From: an uncultured Phycisphaerales bacterium | Lineage (GTDB): Bacteria; Planctomycetota; Phycisphaerae; Phycisphaerales; SM1A02 | Assembly: GCA_938084645.1 (NCBI GenBank) | Contig: CALKEP010000009.1 | Coordinates: forward strand, 29,457-93,456 | Reading direction: 5' to 3' | Length of the DNA: 64,000 nucleotides | Part shown: one piece after another, positions 1-9,663 of the stretch | Position numbering within the stretch: the stretch's first letter is position 1 | Layout: each line of letters opens with the position of its first letter | Translations under genes and position numbers: made by a program | The notes under the pieces: model-generated | The model's database searches: none | Seen by the model: only the letters and a program-made list of their open reading frames with translations | Told to the model about the DNA's origin: nothing

Positions 1-6
1 GCGGCC

Positions 7-1107
7 TCAGAGGACCCGGGTCGCCCTGGGATAGGAGCCGCGGATGTGGAGGCTGGCGCAGTGGGCGCGAGCGTCCTCGATCGCCGCGGCGACGGCGGGA
101 TCCGCCTGGTGTCCCTCGAGGTCGATGAAGAACGTGTACTGCCAGTTGTCCATCCGCGAAGGGCGCTTGTCGATGTGGGTGAGATTCACGCCCGCGTCGC
201 GGAAGGACGCGAGCACGTCGACCAGCGCCCCCGGCCGATTCATCGTCTGGAACTGGACCGTGGTCCGGTCGTTGCCGGTCGACCCCGGCGCCTGCCGGCC
301 GATGATCAGGAAGCGGGTGATGTTCTCCCGTCGGTCCTGGATCCGATCGAAGACGACCTTCACGCCGTGGATCTCGCCACCGAGGCGGCACCCGATCGCC
401 GCGGTTCCCGGCGTCTCCGAGGCGCGGACCACCGCGGCCGACGTGCTCGTGGTCTCGACGATCTCCGCGTGCGGCAGATTCGCGGCGAGGAACTTCCCGC
501 ACTGCGCCAGGGCCTCCGGCTTGCTGGCGACGGCCCTGATCGCCTCGGTGGGGCAGTTCGCCATGAGCGACTGGTCGATCGCGATCATGGACTCCGCGCA
601 GACCGGGGCGTCGAGTTCGGCGATGGCGTCAAGGGTCTCGGTGATCGAGCCGCCGATCGAATTCTCGTAGGGGACCAGCCCGTAGTCGGCCCGATCATGC
701 ATGACCTCCTCGACCACCGAGCGGATCGCGGTCATCGGCGCGAGTTCGGTGCTCGAGCCGAAGTGCCGGAGGGAGGCGAGGTGACTGAACGAACCCTCGG
801 GCCCGAGATAACCGATGCGAAGCGGGCGCTCGAGGCGGAAGGAGCCGGACATCAGCTCCCGCCAGATGCCTTCGAGCGTGCGCTCCGGGAGCGGGCCGGC
901 GTTCGCGGCGAGCACGCGACCGAGCACCGCGGACTCGCGGTCGGGGGCGTAGATCGGCGTGCCGTCGCCATGCTTCGCCCGTCCGACGTCCACCACCACC
1001 CGGGCCCGCTCGTTCAGGAGCTCGACGAGACGTTGGTCGAGGTCGTCGATCAGGGTCCGAAGGTGGTCGAGATCGGGCGGGGGATCACCGGCGGGGTCGT
1101 CGCTCAT
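7..1107 (-). CDS. pheA: Bifunctional chorismate mutase / prephenate dehydratase (P-protein)
   Basis: N-terminal CM domain (LRTLIDDLDQRLVELLNERA...YAPDRE), PDT motifs YLGPEGSFSH, PYENSIGGSI and NITRFLII, C-terminal ACT domain (NRPGAL...NLTHIDKRPS). Confidence 0.95.
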   Translation of the reverse strand: MSDDPAGDPPPDLDHLRTLIDDLDQRLVELLNERARVVVDVGRAKHGDGTPIYAPDRESAVLGRVLAANAGPLPERTLEGIWRELMSGSFRLERPLRIGYLGPEGSFSHLASLRHFGSSTELAPMTAIRSVVEEVMHDRADYGLVPYENSIGGSITETLDAIAELDAPVCAESMIAIDQSLMANCPTEAIRAVASKPEALAQCGKFLAANLPHAEIVETTSTSAAVVRASETPGTAAIGCRLGGEIHGVKVVFDRIQDRRENITRFLIIGRQAPGSTGNDRTTVQFQTMNRPGALVDVLASFRDAGVNLTHIDKRPSRMDNWQYTFFIDLEGHQADPAVAAAIEDARAHCASLHIRGSYPRATRVL

Positions 1108-1177
1108 ACCGGGAACAGTACGGGAAAGTCGTGAGACGTCCCGGGTGGCCGCTGTCGCCGGGGCGTCGATTCGGTCG

Positions 1178-2131
1178 ATGTCGATGAACGTGGAAGAAGA
1201 CCCGGATCAACTCGGTGCGATTCCGGACCCCGCCGTCGGCGACTGGGCGTCGGTCGAACCCCTCACGCTCGGCGTGGTCGCCGGCGTCGGTCTGGTGCTG
1301 CTGCTGTTCGGCGGGCGTCTGTTTCGTCCGTGCGTGATCCTCGCCGCCGGCGTGGTCGGCGCGATCTTCGGAATCAGGCTCGCCGGCGCCACGCGGGACG
1401 AGACGCTGCCGGGCTGGATGCTCGCGGTCGGCATCCCGCCGCTCGCGTGGGTCATCGGGATGCCGTTGATTGGCGGCGTGCTGGCGGCGATCTTCGCTCG
1501 CATCATGCTCGCGTTGATGGTGGGCGTGGTGGGAAGCGGGGCGGTGCTCCTCGTCTCGGCGGTGGTGCTGGGTGTCGATGCCGGCCCCGCCTCGACCGCC
1601 GACTCGGCGCCGGCCGGCCTGCGTTTCCAGCAGGCACCGGACTCGACGGGTTCCGGCGGGGTGGGTGATTCCATCGATGCGGCGCGGGACGCGGCGATCG
1701 ACACGGTGAGTGACGCCGCGGTCGACGCCATCGCCGCCGAGGGGCTCGACCGGATCCGGGCCGCGCGACGCCGCCTCGGTGAGATGGCGGAGGCGACGTT
1801 CGGCCGCATCCCCGACTGGTGGGAGGCGAGGACCGCGAACGTCTCGCAGGGAACGCTCGATCTGGTCCTCGCCACCGCGGTGGTGGTCGGCCTCGGTGGA
1901 TTCCTCCTCGCGCTCGTCTTTCCGAAGCCGGTGGCGACGATCGGAACCTCCATGCTCGGCGGCTGGCTCGTGATGGCGGCCGGGGGGGCGGCGTGGGCGC
2001 GGTACGGCCGGACGGAATCACTGCCCGCCCCGTTCCTCATGCTCCTCGCCTGGGGGGTTCTGGCCGGCGCCGGTCTTCTGGTCCAGGGGCTCGGCAAGCC
2101 GAAGCCCGAGCCACCCGCGTCCGAGTCCTGA
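1178..2131 (+). CDS. Multi-pass membrane protein, DUF4203/TM7S3-like
   Basis: GLVLLLFGGRLFRPCVILAAG motif and multiple hydrophobic helices; resembles the adjacent gene; start uncertain (1178 or 1184). Confidence 0.6.
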   Translation: MSMNVEEDPDQLGAIPDPAVGDWASVEPLTLGVVAGVGLVLLLFGGRLFRPCVILAAGVVGAIFGIRLAGATRDETLPGWMLAVGIPPLAWVIGMPLIGGVLAAIFARIMLALMVGVVGSGAVLLVSAVVLGVDAGPASTADSAPAGLRFQQAPDSTGSGGVGDSIDAARDAAIDTVSDAAVDAIAAEGLDRIRAARRRLGEMAEATFGRIPDWWEARTANVSQGTLDLVLATAVVVGLGGFLLALVFPKPVATIGTSMLGGWLVMAAGGAAWARYGRTESLPAPFLMLLAWGVLAGAGLLVQGLGKPKPEPPASES

Positions 2132-2291
2132 ATGCATGAATCCATGGAGGACCCGCCTCAGGGCCTCGAAAAGCCGGTTCGATCGTCGATATCTGGCCGT
2201 GAACGAGGAGGTCGGCCGATGAAGAACGCTGACTGCGGGCGGGAATCGCGTTTCGTCGATGCGACCTCTCGTCCGCGCCGGAGCTGGTTCC

Positions 2292-2987
2292 ATGCCATCG
2301 ATGACCCTCGCGCAGGTCGCGGATTTCACCTTCGCCCACACCTGGGACACCTTGATGAACTCGCTGGACCTCGTCCGGCGTCCCGACGAGATCGTCGCGA
2401 TGCTGGAGTCGCTGCCCCTGGTCGGCGCGGTGGTGGTCACGGGCGTCGGCGCGGCCTGTGTCTTCAAGGGCTACAAGTGGCACAAGATCGTCGTGGTCAT
2501 GCTCTCGCTCATGCTCGGCTTCGCCGTCGGTCGGATGATCAGCCAGGACCTCGGAAAGTCGACGGTGGTGGCGATTGCCCTGGGAATCCTGCTCGCGGCG
2601 ATCGCGTCGCCGCTCCTCAAGTACACCGTCGCGGTCTTCGCGGGCATCGCGGGGGCCGGCATCGGCGCAACGCTCTGGTCTTTCTTCAATCCGGCCGAGT
2701 CGGATCTGGCGTGGGCCGGAGCCGGCATGGGTTTCATCTGCCTCGCGCTGTTGAGCTTCATCTTCTTCCGGATCGTGGTGATCCTGTTCACGAGCGTCGG
2801 CGGTGCCGCGATGCTGGTGATGGGTGCGGTCGCGCTGCTGTTGCAGGCGGAGTCGATCGCGCCGAGCGTGCACGACCAGTTGATCCTGCACCCCGGGGTG
2901 CTGCCCGTGGTCGTGCTCGCCGCCGCGGTGGTCGGGTTCGTCTACCAGCAGGGCGGTTCCTCCGAGGCCGCTTCCGAGGAGGAGTGA
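2292..2987 (+). CDS. Multi-pass membrane protein, DUF4203/TM7S3-like
   Basis: GAACVFKGYKWHKIVV and ILFTSVGGAAMLV motifs, about 7 TM segments; start uncertain (2259-2301). Confidence 0.65.
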   Translation: MPSMTLAQVADFTFAHTWDTLMNSLDLVRRPDEIVAMLESLPLVGAVVVTGVGAACVFKGYKWHKIVVVMLSLMLGFAVGRMISQDLGKSTVVAIALGILLAAIASPLLKYTVAVFAGIAGAGIGATLWSFFNPAESDLAWAGAGMGFICLALLSFIFFRIVVILFTSVGGAAMLVMGAVALLLQAESIAPSVHDQLILHPGVLPVVVLAAAVVGFVYQQGGSSEAASEEE

Positions 2988-2990
2988 TCG

Positions 2991-5510
2991 ATGGCGTGTC
3001 GGCGAGACGGGAGATGGCGTCGTCGTCGTGTGGCGATCGCGGGCCTCGCGATCGCAAGCCTCGCGAGCCTCGCAGGCTGCGGTGACGCCGCGGAGTCCGG
3101 GCCCCCGTCGGGGCCGGCCGGGGCCGTTGCGGCCGACGGTTCCAGCGTGAATTCAAACTCGAATCCGGATCCGAAGATGAACCAGCATGCGACCGGCCAC
3201 CGGGCCGGCGATGGCGATCGAACGCCCAACCGACTCGTCGACGAGACGAGTCCGTACCTTCTTCAACACGCCTGGAATCCGGTCGACTGGCGACCGTGGG
3301 GGCCGGAGGCCTTCGAGGAGGCCCGTCGCCGCGACGTGCCGATCATCGTGTCGATCGGCTATTCGACGTGTTACTGGTGCCACGTCATGGAGCGGGAGAG
3401 TTTCGAGGATCCCGCGGTCGCGGAGATCATGAACCGCGACTTCGTCTGCATCAAGGTCGATCGGGAGCAGCGACCGGACGTGGACGAGATCCACATGGCC
3501 GCCTGCCAGATCTACACGCAGGCCACCGAGGGGCGGCCGTCCGGTGGTTGGCCGCTGAACGCGTTCCTGAACCCCGACAATCTCGAACCGTTCCTCGTGG
3601 GAACCTACTTTCCGCCCGAGCCGGCGTACGGTCGCCCGAGCTTCAAGCAACTGCTCCAGAACGTCGCTTCCGCCTGGGAGAGTCAGCGTGAGGAGATCGC
3701 CGCGCAGGCGGGGCGGATCGCGGCGCTGGTCCGCGAGCAGCTCTCGGCCCGCGTCGATCCGACCCCGCTCGACCCCGGACTGGCGGCCCGCACCGCGGCG
3801 GGACTCCTGCAGTTCCACGACGCCGAACAGGGTGGGTTCGGTGGAGCGCCGAAGTTCCCGCAGCCGGTCTATCTGGAGCTTCTCCTGGAGGTCGGCGGCG
3901 ATTCCCCCGAGCTTCGCGCGGCGCTGATTCGAACGCTCGACCGGATGGCGGTCGGTGGGATCCACGATCAGGTCGCCGGCGGCTTTCATCGCTACTCGGT
4001 CGACGCGGAGTGGACCGTCCCGCACTTCGAGAAGATGCTCTACGACAACGGGCAGTTGGCATCGATCTACGCCGAAGCCCACGCCCGCACCGGTGATCCC
4101 TATCACGCGGAGGTCGTCCGCGGGATCCTCGACTACGTGGGTCGGGAGATGACCGACGCGGACGGTGCGTTCTGGTCCGCGCAGGACGCGGAGGTCGACA
4201 CTCGAGAGGGCGGCACCCAGATCTGGACCGAGGACGAGATGCGGTCGTCGCTCGTCGACGCGGGCCTTGCCTCGGACGTGGACTTCGCGCTGGCGCTCTA
4301 CGGTCTCGACGGGGGGGCGAACTTCCGGGACCCGCATCATCCGGATGCACCGCCGTCCAACGTGCTCCGTCTCCGGGATCGGCCCGAGGCGGTCGCCGCC
4401 GCGATGGGGATGGATCCGGCGGCGTTCGCGGCGCGTCGGGCGACGGTCGATGCGGCGCTGCTGGCGACCCGTGAAGGACGGCCGCAGCCGGCGCTCGACG
4501 ACAAGATCCTCGCGAGCTGGAACGGGTTGATGATCAAGGGATTCGCCGACGGTGGCCGGGTGCTGGGGGAGCCGGCGTACATCGACGCCGCGGATCGCGC
4601 CGCGGATGCGGTGCTCGCCCGACTCGGGCGGGCGGACGGCGGGCTCAACCGGACCGCCCGGGGGGAGGTCGTCCAGATCGACGCCTTCCTCGAGGACTAC
4701 GCATTGATGGCCGAGGGACTGCTCGCGCTGCATCGGGCCACCGGCGATCCTCGTCGGATCGAGCAGGCCGGGGCCCTGGTCGAGGCGGCCCGCGAACGGT
4801 TCTGGAACGACGAGCGTGGCGGCTGGTATGACACCCAGGCGGGGCAGTCGGACCTGATCGTCCGTGCATCGAACATCAGCGACGGCGCGGTGCCCAGTGG
4901 TGCGGGCACCATGCTGCTCAACGTGATCGAACTCGCGAAGCTCACCGACGATCCGCGGTATCTCGACACCGCGGAGGCGGCGCTCGCGGGAATGTCCGGT
5001 GGAATCGCCGCCAATCCCAGCGGGGCGGCTCGAAGCGTGATCGCGGTCGAGCGACTCGCCGCGATCGATCCCGCACGACTTCCCCGGGGATCCGCTGGAT
5101 CGACGGGAGCCGCCGTGGCGTCGGCCTCGGAGCCGGCGGTCCGACCGGACGTCACCGTCGTCGAGCCCTCGATCATCGAGGGGGACGAGCCCGGGTCCTA
5201 CCGGCTTCGCATCGACATTCCCGAGGGGCAACACGTCAACGCCCACGAGCCCGGCGGCGACACCCCGGAATCCGCGGGGCTGGTCGGGCTCTCGCTTCAG
5301 GTCGTGTCGGGTGGTTCGATCGAGGTGACCTGGCCGGCGGGTGAACCGTGGCGAGACGGCGTCCGCGTCCACGAGGGGCGGGTGGAGATCCCGTTCGTGG
5401 TCGCCCCCGACGACGCGGACTCGACCGTCGTCTTCGTGGTGGGCTGGCAGGCCTGCGACGATCGCGTGTGCTTCCGGCCCGAACAGCGAGAGTTCGCCGT
5501 CCGCCCCTGA
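2991..5510 (+). CDS. Thioredoxin-domain protein, YyaL/SSP411 (DUF255) family, with N-terminal lipobox and C-terminal DsbD-N-like domain
   Basis: [58 protein letters not shown] lipobox; C-terminal [11 protein letters not shown]. Confidence 0.9.
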   Translation: MACRRDGRWRRRRVAIAGLAIASLASLAGCGDAAESGPPSGPAGAVAADGSSVNSNSNPDPKMNQHATGHRAGDGDRTPNRLVDETSPYLLQHAWNPVDWRPWGPEAFEEARRRDVPIIVSIGYSTCYWCHVMERESFEDPAVAEIMNRDFVCIKVDREQRPDVDEIHMAACQIYTQATEGRPSGGWPLNAFLNPDNLEPFLVGTYFPPEPAYGRPSFKQLLQNVASAWESQREEIAAQAGRIAALVREQLSARVDPTPLDPGLAARTAAGLLQFHDAEQGGFGGAPKFPQPVYLELLLEVGGDSPELRAALIRTLDRMAVGGIHDQVAGGFHRYSVDAEWTVPHFEKMLYDNGQLASIYAEAHARTGDPYHAEVVRGILDYVGREMTDADGAFWSAQDAEVDTREGGTQIWTEDEMRSSLVDAGLASDVDFALALYGLDGGANFRDPHHPDAPPSNVLRLRDRPEAVAAAMGMDPAAFAARRATVDAALLATREGRPQPALDDKILASWNGLMIKGFADGGRVLGEPAYIDAADRAADAVLARLGRADGGLNRTARGEVVQIDAFLEDYALMAEGLLALHRATGDPRRIEQAGALVEAARERFWNDERGGWYDTQAGQSDLIVRASNISDGAVPSGAGTMLLNVIELAKLTDDPRYLDTAEAALAGMSGGIAANPSGAARSVIAVERLAAIDPARLPRGSAGSTGAAVASASEPAVRPDVTVVEPSIIEGDEPGSYRLRIDIPEGQHVNAHEPGGDTPESAGLVGLSLQVVSGGSIEVTWPAGEPWRDGVRVHEGRVEIPFVVAPDDADSTVVFVVGWQACDDRVCFRPEQREFAVRP

Positions 5511-5536
5511 CCGGGCCAATCGCTACCATCCGGCCC

Positions 5537-6049
5537 ATGTCACGCAGATTCAAGGTCGCGATCGTGTCCACGGGCGGGACCATCGAGAAGACGTACGACG
5601 AGCTCGGCGGCTCGCTGAGCAACGAATACAACGTGCTCGACGTGCTGCTGTCGCAGCTCGAGCTCGAGGGGGTCGAGATCCGCCGGATCTCCCTGATGAA
5701 CAAGGACAGCCTCGACATGAGCGAGGCGGACATGGCGCTGGTCGCGACCACCGTCGAACACGTCCTCGCCGAGAACGACGGCGTGGTGGTCGTCCATGGA
5801 ACCGATCGGCTCGCCGACACCGGGCACCTCATCCATGATCGACTGGGCGAGCCCGACAAGCCGGTGGTCCTCACCGGGGCCATGCGGCCCTACGAACTCC
5901 GGCAGTCGGACGCCGTCCAGAACATGACGGAGGCGATGATCGCGGTGCAGCTGCTCGATGGCGGGGTCTGGTGCGTGCTTCACAACAAAGCCATGCGTTT
6001 CCCCGGGGTTCGCAAGGATCGCGAGCGGCTGACCCTGACCCGGGACTGA
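5537..6049 (+). CDS. Short asparaginase-domain protein (N-terminal domain only)
   Basis: STGGTIEKTY, HGTD and VVLTGAMRP motifs; 170 aa. Confidence 0.85.
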   Translation: MSRRFKVAIVSTGGTIEKTYDELGGSLSNEYNVLDVLLSQLELEGVEIRRISLMNKDSLDMSEADMALVATTVEHVLAENDGVVVVHGTDRLADTGHLIHDRLGEPDKPVVLTGAMRPYELRQSDAVQNMTEAMIAVQLLDGGVWCVLHNKAMRFPGVRKDRERLTLTRD

Positions 6050-6137
6050 TTCCGGAGCCGGTTCCGGAAGCGGTGGGATGAACGCCGCGTCTCCGCGGAG
6101 GCGGTATCCTCGCGGTCTCACCCCTGGAGCAGCCCGC

Positions 6138-8189
6138 ATGTCGACCTATCTCACGGCCCCGGTACCCACCAAGAAGCTGCCTGGCGGCATTCCGTACATC
6201 ATCGGCAACGAGGCGGCGGAGCGGTTCAGCTTCTACGGCATGAAGGGCATTCTCGTCGTCTTCATGACGGGGTACCTGAGCCTGCTTCCCGGGGCGGTCG
6301 GCAACGAGCCGATGTCCGACACCGACGCGATCGCCAACTACCACCTCTTCACCACGGCGGTCTACTTCACGCCGATCCTCGGCGCGCTCCTGAGCGACAT
6401 CCTGCTCGGGAAGTACCTGACGATCATGATCCTGAGCATCGTCTACTGCATCGGACACGGTGCCCTGGCGCTGATGGGGCTCGGCGAGGGCATCGACCCG
6501 GGGTGGATGCTGTTCCTCGGTCTCGGTCTCATCGCGTTCGGGTCCGGTGGCATCAAGCCCTGCGTGTCCGCCCACGTCGGTGACCAGTTCGGTGCCTCGA
6601 ACGGGCACCTGCTCAGCAAGGTCTTCGGCTGGTTCTACTTCTCGATCAACGTCGGCGCGTTCGTCTCGACGCTCCTCACCCCCTGGTTCCTGGAGTGGTA
6701 CGGGCCTCACCTCGCCTTCGGCGTCCCCGGCGTCCTGATGTGCATCGCGACGTTCCTCTTCTGGTGCGGTCGCAAGAAGTTCGTGCACGTGCCGGCGGGC
6801 GGGATGAAGTGGTTCCGCGAGACCTTCAGCTGGCAGGGGATCAGTGCGATCCTGAAGCTGGGCGTGATCTACGTGTTCGTCGCGGTCTTCTGGGCGCTCT
6901 TCGACCAGACGGGATCGTCCTGGGTCCTGCAGGCGGAGGATCTCGATCGCGAATGGCTCGGGGTCACCTGGCTCGCGTCGCAGATCCAGGCCGTGAACCC
7001 GATCATGATCCTGGTCTACATCCCGCTGTTCACGTTCGTGGTCTATCCGCTGATGGACAAGGTCTTCAAGCTCACGCCGATTCGAAAGATCTCGATCGGC
7101 CTCTTCGTCATGGTGATCGGGTTCGCGATGGTCGCCCTGCTCCAGGCCGCGATCGACGCTGGCCAGCGTCCCAGCATCGGCTGGCAGATCGCGGCCTACG
7201 CGATCCTCACGGCCTCCGAGGTGATGGTCTCGATCACCTGTCTGGAGTTCTCCTACACCCAGGCTCCGAAGACGATGAAGTCGGTGATCATGGCCCTCTT
7301 CCTGATGAGCGTCTCGCTTGGAAACCTGTTCACCGCCGGGGTGAATTCCGTGATCCTCGTGGAATCGAACGCGGCGGGCGTCAAGGCCGTCGCGACGACG
7401 ATCGCCAACCCCGAAGACGGGGCTTCGACCGATACCCCCACCGTGATCGCGGAGCGGGCCGGCTACCGGCAGGAGTCGATTCCCGGAGAGGGGTTCGCGA
7501 TCGCCGAGGCGGGAATCGACGGCGTGCTCGGCTCCGAAGACGACATCAAGCTCGGCTTCGCGCCGGACGGCACGATGACCGGATTCGTCCAGCAGGAGGC
7601 CGATGCGATCCTCGAAGGCGTCGATCGGATCGGTGGATTCTGGGAGAAGAACGACCGCCTTCCGAACACCGAGGAGGGCACCGGGATCGTCCAGGGGCTT
7701 CTCGATCCGTGGGGCGGGCAGATTCGCTACTCGATCGTGACTGGTCGCAGTTTCACGGTCACCAGCGACGGTCCCGACCGGACCTGGCAGAGCGAGTACG
7801 ACATCCGGGCCGAAGTCACCGTCACGTCCGCGACGGTGGCCGAGCAGCGTCGTGTGGCCGCCACCACCGGATCGTCGGATCTCCTCTCGTGGGCTCATCC
7901 GGAGACGACCTGGCTCGACCGTCGCAAGGCGGAGATCGCCGGCGAGGAGACGGTCACGAAGTCCGCTGAAGCCGACGCGGGGCCGCCCGAGATCGACGAG
8001 ACACCGGAATTCGCCCGCGCGATCCGCTGGGACATCGGTGGTGCGAACCTGCTGCAGGGTGCCAGTTACTTCTGGTTCTTCACCTACGTGATGCTGGGCA
8101 CGGCGATCCTCTTCGTTCCGGTCGGCTGGCTGTACCGTCCGCGCACCTACCTGCAGGAGGAAGGCGACGCGGCGGGGGAAGCGCACTGA
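6138..8189 (+). CDS. POT/PTR family proton-dependent oligopeptide transporter with large extracytoplasmic insertion
   Basis: NEAAERFSFYGM (ExxERFxYY-type), GSGGIKPCVSAHVGDQF, FYFSINVGAF, LEFSYTQAPKTMKS. Confidence 0.93.
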   Translation: MSTYLTAPVPTKKLPGGIPYIIGNEAAERFSFYGMKGILVVFMTGYLSLLPGAVGNEPMSDTDAIANYHLFTTAVYFTPILGALLSDILLGKYLTIMILSIVYCIGHGALALMGLGEGIDPGWMLFLGLGLIAFGSGGIKPCVSAHVGDQFGASNGHLLSKVFGWFYFSINVGAFVSTLLTPWFLEWYGPHLAFGVPGVLMCIATFLFWCGRKKFVHVPAGGMKWFRETFSWQGISAILKLGVIYVFVAVFWALFDQTGSSWVLQAEDLDREWLGVTWLASQIQAVNPIMILVYIPLFTFVVYPLMDKVFKLTPIRKISIGLFVMVIGFAMVALLQAAIDAGQRPSIGWQIAAYAILTASEVMVSITCLEFSYTQAPKTMKSVIMALFLMSVSLGNLFTAGVNSVILVESNAAGVKAVATTIANPEDGASTDTPTVIAERAGYRQESIPGEGFAIAEAGIDGVLGSEDDIKLGFAPDGTMTGFVQQEADAILEGVDRIGGFWEKNDRLPNTEEGTGIVQGLLDPWGGQIRYSIVTGRSFTVTSDGPDRTWQSEYDIRAEVTVTSATVAEQRRVAATTGSSDLLSWAHPETTWLDRRKAEIAGEETVTKSAEADAGPPEIDETPEFARAIRWDIGGANLLQGASYFWFFTYVMLGTAILFVPVGWLYRPRTYLQEEGDAAGEAH

Positions 8190-8193
8190 GTCG

Positions 8194-8901
8194 ATGAACC
8201 CCGACTCCGGGCGACTCATCCGCCTGCGACGGCCGCCGGTCTTCAACCCGGTCCCCGATCGATGGATCCCCGAGTCCGTCGATCTGGACCGCGTCGATGA
8301 CGCGTGGGAATCGCTTCGTGCCGAGAACCCGAGGTATCACGACGGGGACGTCCTCCACGTCCTCGGCGTGGTCCGAAACGGTCACGGCGGTGCGACCGTG
8401 CATCTGGCGCCCTCCAGCTATCGCTTCCTCGCGGTGCGGGCTCGTGGCATCGACACCGGAATTCGACCGCTCGGCGTGAAGGGCCTGTGCCTGCTCCGCG
8501 GTGATTCGATGTCCTCGGATCGGTTCCTCGCGGGACTCCGGAGCGAACGGAGCGGGTCCTATCCGGGTTGCTGGGAATTCCTGCCGGGAGGTGGCGTGCC
8601 GCCCGAAGACGACGGGGAGGTCCGGCCGGATCTGGTGTTCGTCCGCGAACTCCGGGAGGAATGTGGACTCGAGGCGATCGACGAACCGGTGCCGATGGCG
8701 ATCCTCCGGGACGATGCGGTCGGAACCTGGGAGGTCGTGTATCGAGCCACCATCGATCGCGTCCCGGCGTCCGCGCCCGATTGGGAACACGATCGAGTGG
8801 CCGCGGTCCGGCCCCGGGAGCTGCCCGATCCCGCGAGCGATGCCGCCGTGATGCTGGTCCCGCTCGCGGAAGCGATCATCGAAGCGTCCGCCGACCGTTG
8901 A
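8194..8901 (+). CDS. NUDIX hydrolase-like protein
   Basis: YPGCWEFLPGGGV...RELREECGL Nudix-box variant. Confidence 0.75.
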   Translation: MNPDSGRLIRLRRPPVFNPVPDRWIPESVDLDRVDDAWESLRAENPRYHDGDVLHVLGVVRNGHGGATVHLAPSSYRFLAVRARGIDTGIRPLGVKGLCLLRGDSMSSDRFLAGLRSERSGSYPGCWEFLPGGGVPPEDDGEVRPDLVFVRELREECGLEAIDEPVPMAILRDDAVGTWEVVYRATIDRVPASAPDWEHDRVAAVRPRELPDPASDAAVMLVPLAEAIIEASADR

Positions 8902-8970
8902 GTCGGTGGCTCGGGGACGGGCGGATGGAACGGGGGCGGGTCGAATCCGGCGGCTCGGCGTGCCGCGGTG

Positions 8971-9663
8971 CTACTCCGCGTCGAGCACGAGCGGTGGAGA
9001 CATCGCGACCAGCATCCGGGCGAGCTCCGGGTGGAGGTCGTCGGAAATCGTGGCGTCGACCCATCGGGTCCGGCCGAGACCGTCGGTGACGATCTGGCTG
9101 ATCACGTCCCGCAGTCGGATGGCGGTGGTTTCGTCCAGCCTCGCGTCGAGTTGTCCGGCGAGTCTGGCCGGGGTGAGCAGGTCACGAAATCCGTCGGTGG
9201 AATCGAGCAGGGCGAGATTGGAGCCGGAGATCGACACGCCGAAGCCGGCGTCGCCGGCGTTTCCTCGCGGCCATCCGAAGCCTCCGCCGCCGTAGAGACC
9301 GATCTGATCGTCGACGAGCACCACGTAGCGGATGCTCAGGTTGGTGGCATCCGCACTGACCGGCGTCCGGCCCGCCCGGGGACGCCAGAGGAACTCGACG
9401 TGGACGATTTCGGCCTGGTCGAAATCCCGGTCCGCGAGCCGGTCGAGGGGGACGGTGCTGAGGATCAGGGAGGTCTTCGCGGGATCCACCGTGTAGGCGC
9501 CGTACGCGAAGGACGTGGTGAGTTGGACGGGCGTCGCGGTTCGTGACGTGAGGGTGACCAGGCCGGCGGTGGTGGATGGCGCACAGGAACCGAGCAACCC
9601 GGCGGCGAGTGCGCCGACGGCCGCGATTCCAAGGGATCGGATGCGGTGGAAGGGGTCAGTCAC
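8971..9663 (-). CDS. Hypothetical lipoprotein
   Basis: Signal peptide with LLGSC lipobox; overlaps the stop of the upstream gene. Confidence 0.6.
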   Translation of the reverse strand: MTDPFHRIRSLGIAAVGALAAGLLGSCAPSTTAGLVTLTSRTATPVQLTTSFAYGAYTVDPAKTSLILSTVPLDRLADRDFDQAEIVHVEFLWRPRAGRTPVSADATNLSIRYVVLVDDQIGLYGGGGFGWPRGNAGDAGFGVSISGSNLALLDSTDGFRDLLTPARLAGQLDARLDETTAIRLRDVISQIVTDGLGRTRWVDATISDDLHPELARMLVAMSPPLVLDAE

